Source: Eutreptiella sp. 'Long Island Sound 2002' (lineage: Eukaryota; Protista; Euglenida). From it: a DNA stretch of 64,000 bases. The stretch spans positions 72,540,001 through 72,604,000 of the forward strand of contig OZ038378.1 in NCBI GenBank assembly GCA_964036045.1. Direction: 5' to 3'. The number at the start of each line of letters is the position of its first letter. Position 1 is the first letter of the stretch. The notes below the pieces were generated by a model, which was not told the DNA's origin, searched no databases, and saw nothing but the letters and a program-made list of their open reading frames with translations. Below, in pieces: positions 35,001 to 47,769 of the stretch. The position numbers and the translations under genes are program-made.

Positions 35001-38000
35001 GACAACATAGTGTTACTGTGTACAGTGACAGTATGGGATGACGGCATAGAGTGACGATGTACGGCATAGAGTGACGATGTACAGTGGCAGATTGTGGGTC
35101 GCGCTTCTTTCTGTGGTACAAGAATTTGTTCCGAACTTTTGCGACAATCTGCATCCTACTGCAGGCATTGGTGCCAACATGGCGGCATGTGCCGTCAGTG
35201 GAGGGCTCCGAATTGGATCGTATCCGCTGTGCCGAGATGCCCTCATGGCCGCAAGTGGCGAGCAGCGCAAGACGGCGCCTATGATGGTCTGTGCTGGCCT
35301 TGGGGCTGGGGCTGTGGGGTTCTTCTTGGCAGGCCCCTTCTTCCGCATCAAAAACATGCTCCAGGTGCGTAGCAGAGGGTGCGGGGAGCAGTTGTGTGCC
35401 GCGTTGTGGCAGAGGGGTGTGGAGGAATTCGTAAATCCTCAGCAATCCTCCACGGCCCTCGCGAACCCTTCCTCAACAGCCCTGAACGACCCTTGACAAC
35501 TATCACGAACCCTCCACGGCTCTGATGACCCCCCCCCCCCCAACTCTCATGGAGGGACATCACCGACAGTTGTTGAGGGTTGAAGACTGCTGAGTGTTCA
35601 TGAGGGTTGGGGGGCAGCCGGGTGTGGAAGAGGGCGGCCCTGGGCGGTTGCAGATGGTGGATGTTGATTGTCGTCAAGGTCCGTTGAGGGGCAAGGGTAG
35701 GAGAGCTTGAAGTTGAGGACGAGGAAGTTGTGACATTCAACGAGGGTATGTGAGGAAGGGAGTGAAGGGGAGGGCAGCTGCTCTTGCTGCACGTCACCCA
35801 TTTCCTTCACAGGCAGATGCCGGGATCTTGGGCCCCGATAGAGTACTGGTCACAGGGGCGCGGGCTGGGCAGCGGCCTATCTTTGACAATATGGTGGATG
35901 CCACCATCCGCACAATCCAGAAGGAGGGCGTTTGGAAGCTGTATTCTGGTATGTGGCCCTGGTTGGGAAACGTGCAACGAAGAAGGAGGACCGAAATGCG
36001 GGTGGCACAGTTGTGGAGGGTTTTGGGAGGTTTAAAAGCCCCTTGCTGTTGCCTATCTATGTATCTGCCCATCTGCATAGTTGCAACCTGCTGCTCCCGT
36101 GCACAGATAATGCTGTCATCTAGGAGAGCAACCATGTCTTGCGTCCCAATTAGTTGCCTCCTTGCTGCGTGTGTGTACAACACCTCGCTGCTCTTGTAAA
36201 AAAAAAGCCACTTCTTGCATGCTCAAGCACAGGCGTGTGAAGGGTTGCTAGAGGGTTAGGATTGTTGGTTGTTGGGGCTCATCAGGGCGCTCAGAGCGTT
36301 CATAAGGGTTGTGGAGGGATTTGGAGATTACTCTTTTATTGCATCCACAAATGAAATGGGTTGACCAAATCTGACAAGATTGTCTTTGGTTGATATTTGC
36401 CTGTGTTAGCGAGATGTTGCCTTTTACGCACTCAATAAGAAAAAGGTTTGGCTCATAGCAAATGCCATACAATCAGGCTGGGTTCCTGGCTGGATGGATG
36501 CAGGGCTCTACTACCTAGCTCATTGGTACCCTTTGGCTAGTGCTGATGACGTCGTTGTGTTGCAGTGAACCATGGTGCGCGAGGTGCCATTGCAAGGCCT
36601 GAGCAACCGCTTAATAGATTGTTCTATTGTGGCACATTGGCATGCCTAGATTGACCACTAATCATGTCTCATCTTTGAACAGATGTAGTTTGTTGCCATG
36701 CGTAAATTTTGCTTTCTTTGAAAGTCACCAAGCAGACGGAGAGAATAGTCACCATTGTGTTGGGTTCGCCAATCAAACAAGGCTGCAGTAGTTTTGTTTT
36801 GATACCTGCCCCCTTTAGTAAGATGTTGTACTTGGCACTCTCAATAAGAATTAAAATAAAAAGGGTTGAAAGCTTGGATGGGTGAAGGGATCTGGCGCTT
36901 CGCCCATCCATTAGTGCCCTTTTCTTTGTGCTCATGCAGGGGATGCTCATAAGTACCATGCAGCAAGAGAAACCACTGCAAGGCATGATGAGCAACAGCT
37001 CAATAACTTGTTCCATTATGTCGCATCTGCGTGCCTAGATGGACCATGGCTCGTGTCTTGGTTTGTCAGGGCTGTAGAGCATTCAAGAGGGTTGCCAAAT
37101 GTCGCTGGGTGTCCAGAAGGGTTGTCGAGGGTCATGGGGGCTCATCAGGAAGGCAGTTGTTGAGTGTTTTTGAGGGTGGCGGAGGGTACCGATTTTTGGC
37201 ATGGCATCAACCTAAACTCTTCAGCATTTGCGGTCACTAAAGCACGTCACGAATGTGCAAGGACAACGCAATGCCACAAAACAGGGCCGGCGAGAGGCAA
37301 ACCAACACCCGCAAGGGAGTTCATACAAACAAACAACGGCCAAGGTGAGCCATAAATACAGAACGCAGCTGTGCCCTACAAATTCCAGCCCGCATAGATG
37401 ACCAATCTGGAAATGCAACCAATGCAGTAAAACCGATCCCACCCTTCTGTCTGTAACACAGGAGCAGGTGTCACCCAGTATGCTCCTAGGTATATTGGCG
37501 ATGCCATGACAGGAAGGTTGCTCTTGCCTTTTTGCCCCTCTTCTCTGTCCCCCTTCATCAATCTATTTGCATGTATGATAAGGTGGCATGGGGATAAGAC
37601 AGAGTGATGAGGTCACAAGGGGGAGAGGGGCAAGGGCAAAACAACCTGCTGTCTCTGAGGCTTTGTGCACTCTACCGGGATGTAACACCAGATAATGTAT
37701 AGACTTTAGTGGACGGAAGGCGTTGAGGGCTGTGATGGCAGGTGCAGACGGTGTGTTGGTGGATGGTCTGTCCTTACTGTGGCTCTTCGCCAACCACGTC
37801 ACCTCCCTCTGCATTTCTTCCATTGCATTCGTGCGTGAGACGGCTTGGAGCGAGGGGAGGGGGCGGCAGGCCTGCACTTGAGAAGGAGGAGAGGGCACCC
37901 TCCCCTTCGGGGATGAGCTGCCAGTTCTGCCCCAACGGTTGCTGTCCGCTCTTAACCTCCCTTCCAAAGGTTTTGAAACCCTCAGTCCCCGCCCACCCCG

Positions 38001-41000
38001 CCGCCTGTCGTCCCGTCGCCGACCAAGTTTTGCAGCCTTACCTGTAGTCCCCTTGGTTTCCTTCCCCTTCAAGCACCGGCCCAGGTGGGGCGTAGACAAA
38101 GGTGGAAAAAGAGTTGCCTTCACCTCCGCCATGGATCCTGTGACTGATTTCTCCTGCGCCCTTAATGTAGGTACCGGTGTTCTGGTGCTGAGAGGCTCTG
38201 TGTTGTCTGCTGGACAGCAGCTGGGTTATGACGGCTGCAAGACCTACTGCAAGCAGGTACACATGCGTGGTGAGCAAAGAGGGGCAAGAATCAAGGTAGT
38301 GATGGGGTGGGCGTTAAGGAGGAGCAGGAAGGCATTGGACACACGTGAGGAGGGTGGCTTGATTAGGAACCAACAAAGACAAGTGGGAGGCAGTAGAAGG
38401 GCGGGAAGGAGTGGAAGGAATGGCAGGAGGGAGGGAGGAGCGAGGCATGGAGGCAGGAACGGTAAAAACGATTTTCCCTCATCCCCCAATTTTTTTTTCA
38501 CACAGGATGCATACCCCTGAGATTTCCCATAGTGCTTTTGGTGCCCAGGGGTCCGGGCTCACCCCTTCACCAAAAAATACCATTTCCGAGCCCATCGTTT
38601 GCTAATGTGGGCCCCACTTCAAGGGGGATGGGTGGCAGGCAGTTTTGGGCCCAGCGCTTGTCCCAAAACACAAGGAGGCTTGTCCCCGCTTGGCCCACAC
38701 AACAATGTGTATGCTTCAGTTCTCTATCTTGGGTGTTGTTGTGGCTGTGTGAATGCTTGTGCTGTGTTGCAACCCAATACAGTGACGCCTGTCCCCGCTT
38801 GTCCAGCCAAGTGCTAGCATCAAGTCTAGAGGCAGGTGGATCCATCTGTCGGTGTCTTCCACTGGACAAGTTTTTTCCAAGTTTTCTCTGGACTGCAGCC
38901 GCAGACTCCAATTGAAGGGCATCTAAGCCTGTGCAAAGGCATGCGGCTCTCAGGGCTAAATACAGGGGCTAGCCCCCCCGTGTCCAGCGGACAATAAAGT
39001 CCTCAAAAAATGCAGTCCAAACAGGAGTGTTCGTTGGATACGCCGTTCGGTACCTAATACTAATTAACCTAACTCGGTACCTAATTAACTCAGGTACCAA
39101 AAAATACGGTCCAAACAGAAGTTTTCGGCAGGGAGGGATCTGGCACCCTGCTCGCCGGTTTGCAAATCATTGTTCCAACTGGCGTGCCCTCCTGAGGCTG
39201 CTGGGCTGTGGAAGTGGGAGTTTCAAATGTGTACCTTGGGGAGGTGGGGGCAATGGAGCCCCCAAAGGCGCTTCCCTGCACTTTCCTGGCGCTTCCTGAC
39301 ACTACTCTGGCCTTCCCTGCACTACGGTGGCGCTTCCTTGCACTTCCCTGCTGCTCATTTGGACCTTTTTTTAGCGCTTGCCTGCACTTCGGTGGCCGAG
39401 GGGAGGGGTTCCGTGCCGGGGACTCGTTTGATTGGGACCACGAATCAGTCAGTATGAAAGGCATGGAAACATTTTGTGGGGTCAAAAATGCTTCATTTCC
39501 CCGCCCGCGGAATTGCAGACAAACGATGTTGCCGGACCTCATCGTCGCGCCGACTCCACAAACGACGTGTTTCTGAATTTTGGGGCCCAGGTCATCTCCG
39601 GGCCGGTCAGCCCCCTACGCCTGCAAGTGCACAATGACCCAGGACAACAGTGGATATTCCCAACCACTAATAGTTTTCGATTGGATGAGGGTACGTGTCC
39701 GGACCACAGCTCCCTGATTCAACCCGTTCAAGATTCCTTTGATGTTGCTGCCATCCCGGGGGCATTTAAGGGGCTACCCGGTCACCAGACCCCTGTGGCG
39801 GGTGGGGGCCCGGCCCATGGGGGGGCGCCTTATGCGCAGTGTGCGCGCAGTGCAACTATTTGGGCGTCTGGCCGTACTAGAGACCCTTACTTTGAGATAC
39901 TAGGGGCCCCTAGGGGCATCATGGTGACCCCTAGCGGAGGTTTTGACTTCTGATTTTTCCACACCATGCTTGTGTGGAGGTTTGCTCTTTTATGTCCAGA
40001 TTTCCAATGCCTGCTGGATGTATTTTGGATATCACCGAGGTTATGTCGCTAGTGTTGGACTACTGGATTGGTGAGTTTGGGTCACCTAATTCTATAGGCG
40101 TTTCCAAGGGGTGTGCCTGGGGGCTCTTTGGGGGGAACATAGTCTAAAAGTAGCGCGCAGTGCGCGCGCAGTGCAAGGATTCCCCCTGGGTCCACCGCTT
40201 GCGGGCAATGGAAAATCCGGGAACCCCTGTATTCCGTCGGTTTTACGCATCCGTTGCGATTGTCCCTTGGGCTCATGTCACGGCCGCAGTGTGTCAGCCG
40301 TCGGATGGCTGGTATCATCTGTGCCGGGAGGCAGCCTCGCATTAGGGGTGCACCTGCCTGTACTCCCGCATGCATGGCCCAAACCTCCCCACATCGCGCA
40401 GGTTGGACTGCTGCACGACGGCCCAACGTTGCATTTCGTCGCTTCTGTGTGCGCTGCCTTCTTAGCGGCCACGATGGCGGCACCCGCGGATGTGGTGCTG
40501 ACCCGCTACCAGACCGCCCCGCAGATGGGAATTCACTACAGGTGCCTTGTGTAAGGCTTGTGCTGGGCTTGGGGACCATGGCCACTGAGTTCAGCGCCCT
40601 CAAAGCACGGGTGCTCCAACTTTTTCAGTGAACAGGAAGATCATCAGCAGAACAAATTACAGAATCATTTCAAGAAAAGTCAGTAAGATAAACCGGTACA
40701 CACAATGGATTTATCTTATGGATTTGTGGGAGGCCCGTACTAGATGTACTTTATTGGCCGATTTCATGGCATTAATACGTGTGCCGATTCATCATACTGA
40801 ATTTTCAGAAAGTAATTTCAGTGGGATAAACCGGCACACCAATTGATATTATGAAATTGGCCCATAAAATACATTCAAGGGGACATGGAGGCATTGGAAT
40901 CCTCCCCTTTTTTTGGGGACCCTTGTGCCGTAGGGGTGGTGTAGCCATGTGGTCAGGTTGGTTGGTAGTCAGGTTGGCTGGTTGGATGCGGGGTTGGCTG

Positions 41001-42190
41001 GTGGTCGGCTCTGGTGCAACAGGGGATTGCTTTGATTTTGAGTGTGGGAGCCATGATGGCGCATGCAACAGCTTGGTGTATGCGAGGGGCGGGCCTGTGC
41101 TTGAAGAGGCAGTTCAGAGGGGGTCTCAGGCGGTGACTGGCGATTATGAAAGCGGATGGACACAAACCCGGGTGGTTACAAACCGTTTGGAGAGCGATTC
41201 CGGCGGAACAGACTCTCAGTGCCAAATGGGCAGGGGAAGGGGGGGGGGGCTCTAAGGGAGAACCCCCCTCCCCATGTTTTAGAACGCTGATGATGTCTCA
41301 ACATGCTGCATCACTGTGCCCTTCAGTGGCAGAAAAAATGATACCCTATTCTCTCTTGATCCCCTTAAAGGCTACATGGGAGGAAACATAGCACATCAAC
41401 AGTATGCAAATGCTCATGGGTGGTTTGTAGTAATAAAGTTGAGACCGGAAGTGGAGCATCTCCGAGGAGGGATTATTACGGCTTTGGGGCCTGCACAAAT
41501 TTTCCAACGTCGAGGTGGGGTGGTCCAGACACAAGTCCCAGTAGCCATATACTGTGTCTATGTTTCAGCACCTGCATCCCGGTTTGGTGCTGGCTCAGGT
41601 GAATTCGCATCGCCTCCTGGATAGATGGGTCAAGGCTGAGGCACGGCCAATGTGTAAGGCAAAGCGATGATGCATACAGTGGCGCACTGTAGGAGCAAGG
41701 GGTGTGTTAGCATCCAACTGGGCTGTCTACGAACCTTGTTACCGATCGCGGTGACGAGTCTCTTTGCCAGTGATTGTAGACCTACTTGCCCTTCATGAGG
41801 GTCTTACCTTCTTCGGCCTTGAATTCCGTGCCACAAACCCCAAGAGCTGCCCCTCCTCCTCAAAAGCCATCCCTCCTTGACATCTTCCTTGAGAGCTGCA
41901 TGATGCACGCATGGTCTCGACGGATTGTATCTTACACCAGACCCTTCCCCACCAGCCTGGGCCCCACTACTGGACACGGCCCGGCAGTCCTCATATCCTG
42001 CCTCTCTTCCTGCGCCTTTGTTTTCAGGAGCGTGTGGCATTGTGCCAGCACTATGCTATCCCAAGAGGGCTCCACCGTGTTCCTCCGAGGATGGCTTCCA
42101 TTTTTTGCACGGCTGGTGCCACTGTTCTGTACGTACCTGCCAGCGATGGAGCAGGCACGCCGGCTCTTGGGCATTGGGTACATGTCATGA
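29066..42190 (+). CDS. Mitochondrial carrier family (SLC25) protein, Oac1/SLC25A34-35-like; join(29066-29095,31653-31809,35165-35364,35813-35948,38171-38256,40402-40541,42028-42190), about 303 aa
   Basis: Three carrier repeats: NPLDCLRIRWQ, GPFFRIKNMLQ and APADVVLTRYQ, plus EG..GF/LY.G motifs and the C-terminal FLRGWLPFFARLVP. All junctions are GT-AG and in phase. Exon 1 is provisional. Confidence 0.88.
31653..31809 (+). CDS. Carrier exon 2
   Basis: GTGCAG|GTCACC ... CGGCCAG|GT; VTLSAFVAAFNPLDCLRIRWQ...EEGLWHGFWRP. Confidence 0.9.
32107..33283 (+). mobile_element. Harbinger/IS5-like element with C-terminal transposase remnant, in carrier intron
   Basis: DVLIWDREGP..SMDGAYKG..GRKTLTEPQKEYNDV / FYRAHIEHLFARMWH (about 32440-32660) matches the DDE_Tnp_4 DG.Y and YN..H...R..IE motifs. 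End blocks 32107-32244 and 33171-33283 recur at 39819-39956 and 40074-40186. Confidence 0.65.
33579..33708 (+). repeat. 42-bp tandem repeat x3
   Basis: CCCCTTGAGTCGGGGTGATGGACTCCCACACGGTTTGTGTGG x3 with 1-2 substitutions. Confidence 0.95.
34735..35090 (+). repeat. Degenerate 13-bp minisatellite (AGAGTGRCRGTGT)n
   Basis: AGAGTGGCAGTGT AGAGTGACGGTGT AGAGTGACG..., many diverged units ending about 75 nt before the exon 3 acceptor. Confidence 0.85.
35165..35364 (+). CDS. Carrier exon 3
   Basis: CTGCAG|GCATTG ... CTCCAG|GTGCGT; GIGANMAACAVSGGLRIGSYPLCRD...GPFFRIKNMLQ. Confidence 0.92.
35813..35948 (+). CDS. Carrier exon 4
   Basis: TTCACAG|GCAGAT ... TATTCTG|GTATGT; ...FDNMVDATIRTIQKEGVWKLYS. Confidence 0.9.
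38171..38256 (+). CDS. Carrier exon 5
   Basis: ATGTAG|GTACCG ... AAGCAG|GTACAC; GTGVLVLRGSVLSAGQQLGYDGCKTYCKQ. Confidence 0.9.
39819..40186 (+). mobile_element. Short deletion derivative (MITE) of the 32107-33283 element
   Basis: Shares both end blocks (about 135 and 110 bp) at high identity, with only about 115 bp between them. Confidence 0.75.
40402..40541 (+). CDS. Carrier exon 6
   Basis: GCGCAG|GTTGGA ... CACTACAG|GTGCC; VGLLHDGPTLHFVASVCAAFLAATMAAPADVVLTRYQ. Confidence 0.92.
42028..42190 (+). CDS. Carrier exon 7 (terminal)
   Basis: TTTTCAG|GAGCGTG; SVWHCASTMLSQEGSTVFLRGWLPFFARLVPLFCTYLPAMEQARRLLGIGYMS*. Confidence 0.92.
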
Positions 42191-45100
42191 AACACGCGGG
42201 GATGTCGAATGCCCCGTTGCTAAGTCCAAGGCTGGGGCCAGAGGGTGGAGGTTGAGGTGAGGTTGCTGGGGGCACCCTCCAATAGGGCGCCCCTTGAGAG
42301 CTACACCCCTGCGGCGTGCGTTAGGAATAATCCCGTCCCCAAACAAGACACGGAATTCATTGTTATTGGATTCACTACTTTTTGACACTCCATCCCTTTG
42401 CACTGTGCAACACGTCCTTGGTGACTCTTTTTTTTTTTAGCCCCTACGCCCCCCCCCCCCCCCACCGCTAACCCGTGTGTGTTGGGGCTTGGGGTTGGGG
42501 TGATGGGGAATGCCGGGCTATGTAGCCGTTCCGCCCATGGTCTACAGGTACCAAGTTCCTTCCTCTACATTTTGGTGCATTTCAAGGGGTTAGTAAAATA
42601 GCCCAGCCCATGTGGTCATGCTCAAGAAGGGAGGGGTTATGTTGCTACTTGAGAAGGTAGGGGTTCCCCTTTGCTTCCCTGTCATCAAACGTCCATGCTT
42701 TGAGCGCCAGATTTGCAAGACGAGGCACTATACCAATGTCGTTGGTTGCTCAGTGAAGATCCTGCTTTCGGAGCTCTTCCCCGGCTCAAGTGCGGTCCTT
42801 GTGCTGTTCACTCAGTGGGTTTTGTACAGGCAGGTACTCCAAATGGTCATGGAGTGGTGTTTCTTCCTTCTTGTTGCAAGTTTCACTGTTTCTACGGTTT
42901 AAGAGGATTATTCCTGCCCTGCGGCGCCTGCGGCACCTGCAGCGCAGGTGTAGCCCTCCTTGACATTGGTTTATTGGGTTGTCCCTGTTCTTCTGCCTTT
43001 TCTGGACAACGCAATTCGGATCTCGAATCCAGGACCACACGTTTAGCCGTGGGCTGCCATGCCCGCTGAACCACGAGGAGTCTCCAAGAGGTGGTTGCGC
43101 AGGTGATGAGGGGTCTGACAGGGCGCCTGGAATCATGGAAGCACCAGAAGGGGAACAGCGGGGCCAGTGCTACGTTCGGGGCTGTGTGTGCACATGCGAC
43201 GAGGGTGCGGTGTTCAGGACGCGTTCCGGCGACTCACCCCAGCCCCAAAAGCCGCCCATTTTTGGGCAGGGGATGGTCTGCTGCATTTTAGTGCATTTGT
43301 CATCGCTCCCAACAGCAGGCCTCACCCGCCGCTGTTGCTGGATTCTGTTAATGTTCCATTCTATTTTGCATTTGTTGCTGGGCCAGACCAGTCCAGGCAG
43401 CTTCATGAAAAGCGCCTGCCTGGCTCTGACCTCAAGGGACTGCGGCCTACCCCAGCCCAGAAGGTTGAGCCGCTGAGCTGCCTAGCCCTGCCCTACAGAG
43501 CGGATGATATGTTCACTGCAGATGAGGGCCTCAGTTTGGACCCACATATGCCCAAAAGGAGGTATGATGATGCTGCTCTTTAGTGCCACCCTGTTGGAAT
43601 GAATGAAAGCCGCTCGGTTTCAATCTAGTGGGGAGCTTGTGGCCACAGTTGGTGTGCTAGAGTGTGTGTGCAACCTTCACACAGTTGGTGCAATACCATA
43701 AACACATTAGTTATGCGGCACAATCAACGTGCACTGATGAGTACATGGATGCCTCCCCGCTCCAGAGGCCCAATTCGGCAGGGGTAGCCACTTTTTTATC
43801 TCCACTGAGGAGACCCCGATACTGGGTTATTATGCAGCCACTTTTCCCCCCACCCCTACTGCATGCTGCACTTTCTCCATGTAATTTTGCATTTCTTTGG
43901 AAATCATTTCATGATTGGTATGCTGATCACAATTCATCATTACGCGTATATATATGTGTGTGTGTGTGTGTGTATTATATTTATGTTGTGCGGGAAGCGT
44001 ATCGCTGGCAATGTGTGCCTCTCTCACGATCCCGAACAGAACTGAAAAACCCCAGGAGAATAGAGGCTACACCCCCTTTCATGCGCATGTCTTTCTCCAC
44101 AGGCATGCACAAGACCACAAAATGCATACAGCATGGCGTGGACTGTAACAGCCTGCCTCAGGCAGGCGAGGTCTTTTGCATGCATGCTACCTGCCAACGT
44201 GGGTTGTTGGCTTGTCGGGAATTGGTCTAGGTGCTCTTTTGTTGCATGGGCCCCTGCCCCAACTCACCTGCGCCATGTGGTGCTTGTGAGTTGCTTCAGG
44301 TGGGGTGCCATAAAAAGCAGTAAACCCCGCGGGCGAGGGTTTCTCCTAGGAGGGAAGGACCGCCCACACCCCAAGACCAAGCACAGCCCCCCCCCCCCCC
44401 TGGGAAGCCGCAGGTCAATTTCATTCATGATGACACCTATGGCAATCGAGTGTGGGCTCTTGCCTCTAGGTTTGAGAGGACGCCCTTAGGTCGCCAGCGG
44501 GTGGCCCTTGTCCAGAACATGAAGGCAACCACCCCTTACCCTGTTTGTCTCTGGACAGTTGGGTGAGCATTGGGCAGCTTTGGGAGCAAGGTTGGCAGGG
44601 GCCTCAAACCTTTGTGGCAAGCAGTTTGCCTCAGAAACATCGCGCCTGAAACACAATTTTCTGTTCGCAAAAATATTTGCCAGTCTCCATACACCACGCA
44701 TACTCTTTGCCTACACAATGTCAATGTCTGATGCACTATCCCGTTTCTTAGCCAAAGCCAAACACACCTGCTTGGTTGAAATGACCTGCTTGTTCCTTGG
44801 TGCTACCATCCATACACAGCGCTTGCGTCCCATTTCGTGGTTCCTATTCTTTTGCCTAATCCATGACCGAAATTCTGAAGAATTAAAGTAACTCTGCACG
44901 ATAAAGGTTATAGTGGAGTGCATTGGATGCAAGAAACTTGAAGAGCACAACGGTACACCAATAATACCACGTGGGCCAGTCAAAACCACATTGGAGAAGC
45001 TCAATATCCATCCAACCTACGGTGTAAATCACCTCGAAGAGAGGTTGTTAGATCATGCGCAGGCGCGGGCGTCGTATACCCCCCGCTTTTTTTGGGTCAT

Positions 45101-45321
45101 TCGCGTAGCATACCCTAAGGCATGATATTGGATGTCCAACCTTTTGTAAAATCATTTTTTTGCCCAACAAGACCATCCCCCAATGGATTTTTTGATTCCG
45201 AGGCCTCTCTCCCCTAAAACCGGATAACACTTTTTTAAGGGGCGGGGTTGGGATGCGGTGGGGGGGTCAAAAGTTTTCGCTGAGAAGGCTCCAAGCAATG
45301 GGAAACACACCTATGCCACAT

Positions 45322-45445
45322 CCACACCTAGTTGAATGGTAATGCATCCGGTCGCAGAATTTCGGGTGGGCGGTTCGAATCATGGGCGGCGGCTGCCGGC
45401 GGCGCCGCTGCCGTGTTGGCCGCACCGGGGTTCGAGCCGTCGACC
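45322..45445 (+). repeat. tRNA-Cys-like pseudogene or SINE head
   Basis: A-box-like TAGTTGAATGGTAA, a GCA triplet in anticodon position (CCGGTC-GCA-GA), B-box GGTTCGAATC, and a second GGTTCGAGCC about 55 nt later. The acceptor and T stems do not pair properly. Confidence 0.4.
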
Positions 45446-46619
45446 AAAAAGTCTGCCGCCACCTACATTCCTATTCGGCCACTGCCAAGCTTGAATTCAG
45501 TTATTCTCCCCACTGCTGGCACCCGTGTCTGCCATTGACCAAAAACCCAAAGTGTGTATTTCTGTATGACTGACTAGTGGCCTTCCTAACTGACTGATTG
45601 GCTGACTGTCAGCCTCTCTTCGAGGTGCACTGCTGAAGGCAATCTAATTTGCAAAGCGGAAAGTGACGGCTCTTTTGCGCCCCCAAATGCTATGCAAGGG
45701 CAATTTTGGGGGGGATATTATCCCAAAGGTCCGGGGAACATGAGGCAGCTTTATCTTAAGCATCAGGGGATCGCGTAACCCTCCACTTTTGACTCTGGAA
45801 TCATGGGACTATCACTTTCTACGAAAACGAATGCCCCCGTCATTGCAAATTTCATGCATGAAGAGGAAAAGAATGCACCACTGCTTTGCCCCGCCGGCAC
45901 CGTAAACAGAATGAGGGTCCTGTATTTCATTTTCGATGCGGATTTTTTTAAGGATTTCTGTTTTACCAGCTAAAAAGCAATCCGCATTGAAAAAACATAG
46001 TCCGCTTTAAAAACAATATTCTGCGCAAAAACAAATACCCGGACATTTTATTACGTGTGGGGGATTTTTTTTGTAGTTTGAATGCTGCAAATTCTAGAAG
46101 TGGTCAAAAAAATGTTGTGGACCATTGTTTTGGTACTTGCGGGGGAACATGAGACGTGGTTTGCAGGCAGGGTGCCCATTTTGCGTACGGGGACCATGTG
46201 ACGGCAAGGGTGGGATAGTAAGTTTAATTTTGACCCCCCTCCCCTAAGGCCTCCATGTTCGCACGAGTGAAGTAGCCTAATTGATTTTGATCTGCGGGGT
46301 GCAGCCGTTTTGGCATACGGCCGCTGCAGAAACCCATAATTTGTGCTTCTTTTGGCATCATTGCAGTTTGGTAGTTGGTTTTAATGCATTGTTTGTATGG
46401 CATTTTTAGAATGTTGACCCTCTTTCACCCGTTTCCATTTGTTTGCTCATTCCCACCACATCTAGTTTTCTTCTACAGGGGGGGGAAAAAATGCAAATGC
46501 ATTTTTTTGCATTTTTTTGCATATCCAGGAGCCACTGGTTTTTTGCATATTTTGCATTTTTTTGCATTTTTTTGCATATGTTTTGCCTTCAGTTTCCTTT
46601 TGATGTCGCAATCCATAGT

Positions 46620-47272
46620 AAGAAAAATTGGCTTTCATTGAGGGTCGCCATATTGTCAGTGTACTGTGTTTGCTCTGTGAATGTGCTGTGTGCCGTTAAC
46701 AGAATTGCGTGTCTTCTGTCGCCGCAGCTGTAGCCGCGCTCCGTCGCGATTTGGATAATTCTGTCGTCATCTCTGATTTTATTGATGATTAAATAGCGTT
46801 TGGTGATAAGTTGGAATTGCGAGGGTGCTTCTCAATGTTTTGGGTATGTTTTGCAAATTTAATACAAGACTCGCAGTATGGACACATGCTCGCCTTGTGT
46901 GTTGCGTGTGTGGTTGTGGTCTGCGTGGGTAGCATGCTTGCCCATGACCCTTACCTTATCCGCATCCTGTTTTCCTTTGTTCGCAGCGCCATGGGTTAGT
47001 GGTGCACGGGGATAGGATTAGGGACTAGTTATTAGGACGTAGTATGTCGAGTTATGACTTAGTTGAGTGTGCGTTAGAGGTAGATTCCAACGATGACTCT
47101 TTGTTACTGCATACTTGGCATGGCAAGTGATTCACCTTAGTGAGTGTTGTTGCACGCTTTGCTTTGCCTTGTTCGTTAGCTTGATTGTTGTATGGTTTTC
47201 TTTATTTTTAAACAAACATTTTTATCTAACATAGACTAATGCCAAAATGGGAGTGAAGGCGTTTTTCTTTCT
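46620..47272 (+). repeat. 653-bp direct repeat, copy 1 (MITE-like, imperfect inverted ends)
   Basis: About 97% identical by eye to 56355-57007. Ends AAGAAAAATTG...GGCGTTTTTCTT. Confidence 0.93.
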
Positions 47273-47769
47273 GGTAGCAGAGGAGCATGCAAGCCAAAGC
47301 TTGTCCCTTTTGGGATAGGCACGGCTCGCCCATCCTGCGCCGTCTCCCATGTTTTTACCTTTTGCTTGTGCAAAATGGCACAAGAGAAAGAGATGCTAAG
47401 CACCACGGACTATAAACGACCATACACAAATGAGAAAAAAAAATATTTTATGCGCCCATTACTTTGTTTCTTGAATAATGCTGTAGTCATCGCAAGTTTG
47501 GAGCTTGCGTGGTGTTTGCTTGTGTTTCATAGTCCATAGAATAGTTAAGCTTAGAATAGTTGCAATAGCCTAGCCTAGCGTAGCCTAGTCTAACATCCCC
47601 GTGCACCACAAAATCACCCCATCTCCATGGTCGTGTTTGCACCCGCCAAGGGTAACTTCATGTTCATCATGGATTCTTTAGACATTGTGGACGCCAATGT
47701 CACACTTGGCGGATGCTTGGGGTACCTTGAGAAGATGATTGTACGAAAATATTTTGATACGAATGATCC

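Noticed and set aside
42700-43583. A third host gene after the carrier
   Set aside because: Some protein-like stretches occur on both strands, but no family motif or consistent exon chain could be assembled.
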